Shown: positions 56,950 through 64,000 of the stretch, in pieces
How positions within the stretch are numbered: position 1 is the stretch's first letter
Layout: each line of letters opens with the position of its first letter
NCBI GenBank assembly: GCA_025363015.1
Contig: JANYEQ010000069.1
Span: 16,344-80,343 of the forward strand
Direction: 5' to 3'
From: Bacteroidota bacterium
GTDB taxonomy: Bacteria > Bacteroidota > Bacteroidia > B-17B0 > Aurantibacillaceae
DNA: 64,000 nucleotides
Notes under the pieces: generated by a model
What the model was told of the DNA's origin: nothing
Database searches by the model: none
The model's input: the letters and a program-made list of their open reading frames with translations, nothing else
Program-made: the position numbers and the translations under genes

Positions 56950-58080
56950 TTGAAATTTACATTATTACATACCGATACACAATCTAAAGCCCGAGTGGGT
57001 GAATTAGAAACCGACCACGGCACCATACAAACCCCTATTTTTATGCCTGTTGGCACTGCAGGCACTGTTAAAGGTGTTCATCAACGCGAATTAACAAACG
57101 ATATTAAAGCGCAAATTATTTTAGGGAATACCTATCATTTATATTTACGACCAGGATTAGATGTATTAGAGCAAGCAGGCGGCTTACATAAATTTAATGG
57201 GTGGCAAAAACCAATATTAACCGATAGTGGCGGTTACCAGGTGTTTTCGTTAGCAAACTCTCGTAAGTTAACCGAAGAGGGCGCTACCTTTAAAAGCCAT
57301 ATTGATGGGAGTAAGCATTTGTTTACTCCAGAAAGTGTGATGGATACCCAGCGTATTATTGGTGCTGATATTATGATGGCTTTTGATGAATGCACGCCCT
57401 ACCCTTGCGATTACAATTACGCAAAAAATAGTCTAGGTTTAACGCATCGTTGGTTAGATAGATGTATTAAACGCTTTAACGAAACTGAACCAAAGTATGG
57501 TTACCAACAAGCTTTGTTTCCAATAGTACAAGGCAGTGTGTATAAAGATTTACGTATACAAAGTGCAGAATTTATTGCTAGTAAAAATTGTTTAGGCAAT
57601 GCTATAGGCGGTTTAAGTGTGGGCGAACCTGCTGAGGAAATGTATGCAATGACTGAAGTAGTAAATGATATTTTACCAAAAGATAAACCACGGTATTTAA
57701 TGGGCGTAGGCACGCCAGTAAACATTTTAGAGTGCATTGCTTTGGGTGTAGATATGTTTGATTGCGTAATGCCAACACGTAATGCAAGGCACGGTTTATT
57801 ATTTACAAGCCAAGGCATAATAAATATTAGAAACGAAAAATGGAAAAATGATTTTAGTGTTTTAGATGAAAATGGAACCGCATTTGTTGATAAAGAATAT
57901 AGTAAAGCCTATTTACGTCATTTATTAGTGTGTAACGAGTTGCTAGCCGCTCAAATTGCAAGTATACATAATTTAGCATTTTATTTATGGTTAGTAAACC
58001 AAGCCCGCCAAAAAATAATAGATGGGATATTTATGGAGTGGAAAAATAAGATGGTCATTCAGCTAGCGCAACGCCTTTAA
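56950..58080 (+). CDS. tgt: tRNA-guanine transglycosylase
   Basis: TPIFMPVGT, LTDSGGYQV, MAFDEC, YLMGVG, DMFDCVMPTRNARHG; TTG start. Confidence 0.97.
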   Translation: MKFTLLHTDTQSKARVGELETDHGTIQTPIFMPVGTAGTVKGVHQRELTNDIKAQIILGNTYHLYLRPGLDVLEQAGGLHKFNGWQKPILTDSGGYQVFSLANSRKLTEEGATFKSHIDGSKHLFTPESVMDTQRIIGADIMMAFDECTPYPCDYNYAKNSLGLTHRWLDRCIKRFNETEPKYGYQQALFPIVQGSVYKDLRIQSAEFIASKNCLGNAIGGLSVGEPAEEMYAMTEVVNDILPKDKPRYLMGVGTPVNILECIALGVDMFDCVMPTRNARHGLLFTSQGIINIRNEKWKNDFSVLDENGTAFVDKEYSKAYLRHLLVCNELLAAQIASIHNLAFYLWLVNQARQKIIDGIFMEWKNKMVIQLAQRL

Positions 58081-58101
58081 TTTTATATTGATATAATCAA
58101 A

Positions 58102-59223
58102 TTGTTTTTAAAAAAATTAGATAGATATATTTTAAGTAAGTTTTTAAAAACTTTTGTTTTTTCTATTACCCTAATATTGCTAATTTTTATTGTGTTTGAT
58201 ATTAAAGATAAATTAGCAACATTCACGCAAAAAAATATCCCCATTAACGAAATAATATTTGATTATTATTTAATGTTTATCCCCTATTTTGGGAATTATT
58301 TTAGCCCACTTTTTACATTTATTGCGGTTATTTTTTTCACCTCTAAAATGGCGCATCAGTCTGAGTTTATTGCTATTTTAAGCAGTGGAACAAGTTTTAG
58401 AAGGATTATGCGCCCTTATTTAATGGGGGCTTTTATTATTGGGTTTTCATCACTCGTTATTAATCATTTTATTTTACCTAAAGTTTTTAAAACAAAAATT
58501 GGTTTTGAAGATAAATGGATAAATAATGGATACAGTAGTGAGGAACACAATATTCATAAAAAAATTGGCGCTAACCGTATGCTATATATAGAAAGCTATG
58601 ACAATAGATTAAATACGGGCTACAAGCCAAGTATTGAAGATGTTGTAAATAACAAACAAACTTATTTTTTAACCGCCGATAATATGCGTTGGGATAGTAT
58701 AACCGCTGAATGGCTATTAACGAACGTTTACGAACGTAAAATTACAGAGCAAGATAGACTAGACACATTAAAAAACCAAAAACCAATATTTAAACAAGTA
58801 AATAAGTTTTACCCCACTAAAAAACTAAAAATACCTTTTACACCTAATGATATGTGGCGTTACGAAAGTAAAATTGAGGCGATGAATTATTTTGAATTGA
58901 GAGAATATATTGTGCGCGAAAAAATTAAAGGATCAAATATGATTGAGTTTTTTGAGGTGGAACAATATAAGCGCACCGCTTTTCCCTTTGCCACCTTTAT
59001 ATTAACTATTATTGCAGTATGTGTATCCTCACGTAAAGTTCGAGGTGGAGTAGGTTTACAAATTGCTTTGGGTTTATTGCTAAGTTGTATTTATATTATG
59101 TTTTTATATGTTTTTAAAACTATTGCTACCACAACATCGGCTCCGCCAATGTTAGCTATCTGGACACCCAACATTATATTTTCGTTTGTAGCATTTTACT
59201 TTTATAAAACGGCTCAAAAGTAA
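58102..59223 (+). CDS. LptF/LptG family LPS-export permease
   Basis: KKLDRYILSKFLKTF, EFIAILSSG.SF.RI.RP, periplasmic beta domain, AFPFATFILT, WTPNIIF. Confidence 0.92.
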   Translation: MFLKKLDRYILSKFLKTFVFSITLILLIFIVFDIKDKLATFTQKNIPINEIIFDYYLMFIPYFGNYFSPLFTFIAVIFFTSKMAHQSEFIAILSSGTSFRRIMRPYLMGAFIIGFSSLVINHFILPKVFKTKIGFEDKWINNGYSSEEHNIHKKIGANRMLYIESYDNRLNTGYKPSIEDVVNNKQTYFLTADNMRWDSITAEWLLTNVYERKITEQDRLDTLKNQKPIFKQVNKFYPTKKLKIPFTPNDMWRYESKIEAMNYFELREYIVREKIKGSNMIEFFEVEQYKRTAFPFATFILTIIAVCVSSRKVRGGVGLQIALGLLLSCIYIMFLYVFKTIATTTSAPPMLAIWTPNIIFSFVAFYFYKTAQK

Positions 59224-59233
59224 GTAATACATG

Positions 59234-60478
59234 TTATTGCTTATTATCTTTCAATAACGAAACACTAAATAAGGCAATTAAAATACCTGCAGTTATAATA
59301 CTAATCCAAATTACAGCTTTGTGTTGATACCATTTTTGTTTAACAATAACGGTGCTTGTATTCGTTTTTAGTTCTTCAATTGAAGTAGTTTTTAATTGAG
59401 TTAAGTTTTTATTTATTTTATTTTTAAAATATACTAAATCGTAATTAGGAGAAGTGATAGCATCATTACCAAAATATAAGGTCACCTTTTTAGTATTTAC
59501 TAGCTTACAAATAGCCCAAACATCTTTTTGTAAACCTGTAATACTATCAATAGTTAAAGCAGCATTATCGTTATTTTCTATGTCAATAAATAGTGTATCG
59601 AGTTTTGTTTTGTATATAGCTATTAGGTTTTGGTAATTGCTCGATAGCGTTGTTTTTGATATTAATTCCTTTTTATAAATTGTTTTTTTGTGATAATTCG
59701 TTAATGTAGATTTATAAATACTCACTTCGCGTTGATAAAAATCAGCCGTTATAATATTAAATTTTAAATTATCTACATCGCTTTTAATAGGGAAAGTTAA
59801 AATAAGCGAACTTACCTTCTTATTAATATTTGAAGGGTTTTTAATTAATTTACTACTAAGGTTAGAATACGTTTGATAAATTATTTTATTTTTAATAATA
59901 CCAATTTTATTAATTTGTATAGCACCCGAAATAGAATCGTTAAACATTAAGCGAATAAATTTATAGTTTAGGCTAGGGAAATATATTTCTTTTAAAACAC
60001 TTAAATTGTTTGTTGAAACAATATCGCTCATGTATTGGTAATCGCTCACGCTAATCCATTTTTTTGAATCGTTACTGCCACTAATACTATACATTTTAGA
60101 GTTGGTAGTGTTTAGTACATCTAATAATAAATAATTTAAAGTATCGGCTGTTTTGTTTTCTATAATTATTTCCGAAAACTTATTTGCCACTCTTTTTCCT
60201 TCGGTAAATTCTAAATTCACAAATTGCTCATTAAAACTAATGGCACTGGGCTCGTATATAAAATAAGGTATTTCGTTATTAACAGAATCTAAAATACGTA
60301 AATCACTAAAATCATTTTTACATTTTGAGCGAATGTTATTATCAATTAATATTCTATAAAAGTTAGTTTGCGTCACATTAAACGTATTACTTTTATATTT
60401 AAAATTGGTTTGTGCTTTACCTACGTATATTAAACAGCAAACAAATACTATTAATTTAATTTTAAAGTTTAGTGTCAT
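59234..60478 (-). CDS. DUF3999-like exported protein with C-terminal TM anchor
   Basis: Signal peptide; DLRILD....EIPY, YFGN....SPNYDL, C-terminal TM helix; follows and overlaps the DUF2339 gene. Second ATG (60478) preferred. Confidence 0.65.
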   Translation of the reverse strand: MTLNFKIKLIVFVCCLIYVGKAQTNFKYKSNTFNVTQTNFYRILIDNNIRSKCKNDFSDLRILDSVNNEIPYFIYEPSAISFNEQFVNLEFTEGKRVANKFSEIIIENKTADTLNYLLLDVLNTTNSKMYSISGSNDSKKWISVSDYQYMSDIVSTNNLSVLKEIYFPSLNYKFIRLMFNDSISGAIQINKIGIIKNKIIYQTYSNLSSKLIKNPSNINKKVSSLILTFPIKSDVDNLKFNIITADFYQREVSIYKSTLTNYHKKTIYKKELISKTTLSSNYQNLIAIYKTKLDTLFIDIENNDNAALTIDSITGLQKDVWAICKLVNTKKVTLYFGNDAITSPNYDLVYFKNKINKNLTQLKTTSIEELKTNTSTVIVKQKWYQHKAVIWISIITAGILIALFSVSLLKDNKQ

Positions 60479-62945
60479 CGTTATTCTTAATTTTAGTGTC
60501 TTCATTCGTATTATCTAAAATAATTGTTTTAATTTTTTGGTACATAAACGACATGATTAACAATACCACACCTAAAATTAAAAATGCAATTATTTTACCC
60601 ACTTTTGGCACATCGTTTATATCGTAGGTAAATAGTTTTAATAACAAAATGGCTAATAATAATAAGGCGCCTACCCTAAATGTTTTTAAATGTTTTTTTA
60701 TACCATAAGCTAAAAAACTAAAGGCTAATAATACCCATGTTATTGGAAGTCCAACCTTTGTAGCATGTTCTATCGTTACATCATAAAAAGTATAGTTATC
60801 TACTAATTGAGCAGTGTTTTGTAAAACAATAAATAGCCAATTTAAATTACATTCTATGGATATAAAAATAACAGTTAACGTTAATGTTAGCCAATGCACA
60901 AAATTATTTTTAGATAAAAAGTAATTTTTATTAACTAAACTGCAACTGTGTATTTTAAAGGCTATTAATAGCATAGCCACTAGGTTAATAAAATGCAGAA
61001 GATAAGCAATGTAACACCTTTCATCTTCATTAAAATTTACATCTAATTTAAGCTCTTCTTTGGCTAAAATATTTGCTAAAAACATAAATAATAAGGCGTT
61101 AAAAACATACATAATAAACGATGTAATTATACTTTTATTAGTTTTTACAGAAATTAAAATAAGCGCCCCTGTATATAATAAGTGTATGGTTAATGGAATG
61201 TAAGCTGCTGATTCCGAAAAATAAATATGTTCAAATGCTTGATACCAACCTTCAATTAACAACACACCATAAAGTAAAACAAGCGCTAAAATTAATGCTG
61301 TTTGGCTAAATAGTTTGTACGAAATTTTTAAAAACTTAGTTTCTATTACTGTATTTGATTTACGTAATTGAAAATAATTAAATACAAAGGCGGCAACGGT
61401 AAACACCCCAGTTATAAAGGCTTTGTTGCTTAATAAAGCGGGGTGGTTGTAATTTGAATACACATTTACCCAATCTATAATTAAACTAAAGGTGGCTAAA
61501 AATTGTAGTAAATAGGCCGAAAAATAAAAGCCTTTTAGTTTTGATTTTATACTTAACCAAATAAGTAAAGTCGATTCTACTGCCCAAAATAATGTAATAT
61601 AATTACCTTTTAATTGTATTGGGGCAATTAACGTTACAAACGTAAGCGTTAAGCCAATAAAAATATACATCACCCTTAAATCGGTTGGTTGGCGCCTTTT
61701 AATAATAATGGCTAATACCAAATTAATAAGCGCTAAAACAGTTGCAAATACCCCTTTTAAAGTATTGTTGTAAATGCTGGTGTAATGGCTAAAAATATTA
61801 ATACCAAAGCCAAAATAAATAAACGAATTACTTAAAAGTATAGTGTAATCTATCCCTTTAAATAAGGTTTTAAATTTTAAATGATGTAATAAAGTGTAAC
61901 TTAAATACAAAACGTAAAAGGAAGTAGCAAACGCAAAAGCGCCTTTAAGCGGTGGGTTTTCTTTAAACGCAAATACCGACACAAACCAAATTGCATAAAA
62001 CAATTGTGTAAAAATAAAGGCTAATACACTTACCAATTTCCATTGGCGAATGTGACTAACCATTAACATACCCACATTCACTATTAAAATATAGGTAAAT
62101 AAAATTTTGTAATTACCCTCTCCTGTTGATAGCATTAGGGGCGTAGCAAATGCACCAATTAAAGAGAGTACTGCCAACTCTAACCTATTATACTGCCACG
62201 AAACAAAAACACTAAACGCCGTAATTACAACCATAATAGCAAAGGCCACCGTTTGCGAAAACAAATGGTATTCGTGAAAAGCAATAGCAATAGTAAAATA
62301 AAAGGTAGATATGGCCCCAGCTACTAAAATAGAACTAAAGGCTTTAAAATTACTGCGCATTTTATGGGCTACACCCAACAGTATAGCTCCTGCTAAAATA
62401 CCAATACCCGCACGGGCGGTTTCGTTTATCCAATTTTGATCAATAGCATATTTTACAAAAAAGCCAATACCTATTACTAAAATAGCTATACCAATTTTTG
62501 GTATTAAGTTTTCGCCAACAAATTTTTCTAAATCGGGGTTGTTGTCTTTAAAATTATCCCACCACGTCTTTTGAGGGATTATATTATGCTTTACTGGTGG
62601 TATAGTAGCATTAAAAACAGGCTGTTGTTTTGCCACTTTTTCTTCAACATTAATCTTTTCTATTGGCTTTTCTATGTTAATAATTGGCTGTTCAACAATT
62701 GGTGGTGGTGTAATAATAGGTGGCGTAATTTTTGACTCGGCAATAGGTTTTTCTTTAACAATAGGTGTAACTATAAATGGTTCTTCTTTTTTTAGTTGCT
62801 GTTCTTTAATTCTTTTGTCTTCGGCATCGCGTAGTATTTTAACCAGAGTATTAAAGTTAGCATCTAACTTTTTAATTTTACCCGAAAGCGATGAGAAAAA
62901 AATAATAATTAGCAGTATTATAACACAACCTAAAAAAATTTCCAT
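60462..62945 (-). CDS. DUF2339 family predicted membrane protein
   Basis: LEKFVGENLIPKIG, GFFVKYAID, Pro-rich linker, many TM segments, KLFTYDI...GKIIAFLILG. Confidence 0.88.
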   Translation of the reverse strand: MEIFLGCVIILLIIIFFSSLSGKIKKLDANFNTLVKILRDAEDKRIKEQQLKKEEPFIVTPIVKEKPIAESKITPPIITPPPIVEQPIINIEKPIEKINVEEKVAKQQPVFNATIPPVKHNIIPQKTWWDNFKDNNPDLEKFVGENLIPKIGIAILVIGIGFFVKYAIDQNWINETARAGIGILAGAILLGVAHKMRSNFKAFSSILVAGAISTFYFTIAIAFHEYHLFSQTVAFAIMVVITAFSVFVSWQYNRLELAVLSLIGAFATPLMLSTGEGNYKILFTYILIVNVGMLMVSHIRQWKLVSVLAFIFTQLFYAIWFVSVFAFKENPPLKGAFAFATSFYVLYLSYTLLHHLKFKTLFKGIDYTILLSNSFIYFGFGINIFSHYTSIYNNTLKGVFATVLALINLVLAIIIKRRQPTDLRVMYIFIGLTLTFVTLIAPIQLKGNYITLFWAVESTLLIWLSIKSKLKGFYFSAYLLQFLATFSLIIDWVNVYSNYNHPALLSNKAFITGVFTVAAFVFNYFQLRKSNTVIETKFLKISYKLFSQTALILALVLLYGVLLIEGWYQAFEHIYFSESAAYIPLTIHLLYTGALILISVKTNKSIITSFIMYVFNALLFMFLANILAKEELKLDVNFNEDERCYIAYLLHFINLVAMLLIAFKIHSCSLVNKNYFLSKNNFVHWLTLTLTVIFISIECNLNWLFIVLQNTAQLVDNYTFYDVTIEHATKVGLPITWVLLAFSFLAYGIKKHLKTFRVGALLLLAILLLKLFTYDINDVPKVGKIIAFLILGVVLLIMSFMYQKIKTIILDNTNEDTKIKNNDDTKL

Positions 62946-63016
62946 AATTTGTTTTTGTAACGTAAAGCTAACAAAAAACTGCTAAATTTGCATTTTAACA
63001 ATTTAAAACTCACACG

Positions 63017-63631
63017 ATGGCATTTGAATTACCAAAATTAAACTACGCTCTTAACGCTTTAGAGCCTCATATTGATGCAAAAACAATGGAAATACACCAT
63101 GGTAAGCATCACCAAGCTTATGTAACTAACTTAAACAACGCTTTAGCGGGCACCGACGGCGAAAACTTAAGCATTGAAGAAATTTGTAAAAACATTTCGA
63201 AATACCCAATGCCAGTGCGTAACAATGGTGGCGGGCATTTTAACCACTCGTTGTTTTGGCAAATAATGGCGCCAAACGCTGGTGGTGTACCATCAAACGA
63301 AGTAGCTAAAGCTATTGAAACAGATTTAGGTGGCTTTGAAAAATTTAAAACAGATTTTGCAGCAGCAGGTGCAACCCGCTTTGGTAGCGGCTGGGCATGG
63401 TTGTGTGTAAAAGCCGATGGTAAATTAGGTGTATGCAGCACCCCCAACCAAGACAACCCTTTAATGGATATTGCCGATTGCAAAGGCACCCCTATTTTAG
63501 GAATGGATGTGTGGGAACATGCTTATTATTTACATTACCAAAACCGCCGCCCCGATTATATGGCTGCTTTTTTTAACGTAATTAACTGGGCAAAAGTAAA
63601 CGAGTTGTATTTAAGCGCTAAAAGTAAATAA
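63017..63631 (+). CDS. sodA: Superoxide dismutase (Mn/Fe family, Mn-type signature)
   Basis: [42 protein letters not shown] and NQD suggest an Mn or cambialistic enzyme. Confidence 0.93.
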   Translation: MAFELPKLNYALNALEPHIDAKTMEIHHGKHHQAYVTNLNNALAGTDGENLSIEEICKNISKYPMPVRNNGGGHFNHSLFWQIMAPNAGGVPSNEVAKAIETDLGGFEKFKTDFAAAGATRFGSGWAWLCVKADGKLGVCSTPNQDNPLMDIADCKGTPILGMDVWEHAYYLHYQNRRPDYMAAFFNVINWAKVNELYLSAKSK

Positions 63632-63707
63632 GGTTATAAACTGTTGTTAGTATTTTGCACCTAAGTACACATTGTACATAAAACAATTTTATTCAATTAA
63701 TTATTTT

Positions 63708-63998
63708 TTAACTCTTTAATTTTTCCATTCTTCTTGCTATCCTCTCATTACGCCACCTTATTGGGTAAAGGCGTTTGCTTAATGTAAAATATATACCATT
63801 ACCACTACCATATATAAATTGCCCATACTTTTGAGTTTTATTATTTTTCGTTACCTCTACTTCTATATCAGTATAGCCAAATTTTGCACCTAAATCACCC
63901 CCTTTATTGGTAATAAACGATACATTAAGGCTAAATCTCTCCCTATCATTTTTTCCAAATGTAAAGTCTAAACCCAGTATTCCTTTAAACGAACGCTT
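63708..63998 (-). CDS. C-terminal fragment of a probable outer-membrane protein (continues beyond the window)
   Basis: Open minus-strand frame from the window edge, not in the ORF track: KRSFKGILGLDFTFG...FSLNVSFIT...GNGIYFTLSKRLYPIRWRNERIARRMEKLKS-stop. Confidence 0.6.
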   Translation of the reverse strand, partial: KRSFKGILGLDFTFGKNDRERFSLNVSFITNKGGDLGAKFGYTDIEVEVTKNNKTQKYGQFIYGSGNGIYFTLSKRLYPIRWRNERIARRMEKLKS

Positions 63999-64000
63999 AA

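Noticed and set aside
9424-58080. tRNA/translation gene cluster (yciH, miaA, truB, tyrS, pth, tgt)
   Set aside because: Apart from truB-miaA these genes are scattered over about 48 kb among unrelated genes, which is ordinary core-genome density.
1-64000. CRISPR array, rRNA or tRNA genes
   Set aside because: No regularly spaced direct repeats, no long GC-rich structural RNA tract and no cloverleaf or T-loop motif in the intergenic gaps.

Overview
Strongly AT-rich chromosomal window from a Bacteroidota organism. Support for that call: two T9SS C-terminal sorting domains, TAnnTTTG -7 promoter boxes and A-rich start regions. Most of the window is core genome: rpoN, an alpha-oxoamine synthase (SPT/BioF-like), yciH, miaA, truB, terC, a padR-pspC operon, a Y-family polymerase, glmM, asnB, purA, tyrS, ahcY, a GGGP synthase, maeB, a MATE transporter, pth, an SF1 helicase, tgt, lptF/G, DUF2339 and sod. 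Between truB and terC (about 14.3-27.9 kb) lies a dense signal-transduction block: 3 histidine kinases, 4 response regulators (one frameshifted), a GAF-PP2C phosphatase and 3 uncharacterised proteins, one of them a putative HTH plus helical-repeat protein. By eye this block has different Arg/Gly codon usage from its flanks, and it carries no integrase. I found no rRNA, tRNA, CRISPR array, transposase or phage gene. Best second-look items: the signalling block; miaA apparently starting at ATA through an ATAA overlap with the truB stop; a T9SS-tagged type-1 copper protein; a T9SS-tagged cutinase/chlorophyllase-like hydrolase; REP-like and heptamer-repeat remnants inside coding sequences; and a palindromic operator over the padR-pspC promoter. 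All family calls come from motif recognition by eye, and no searches were run.
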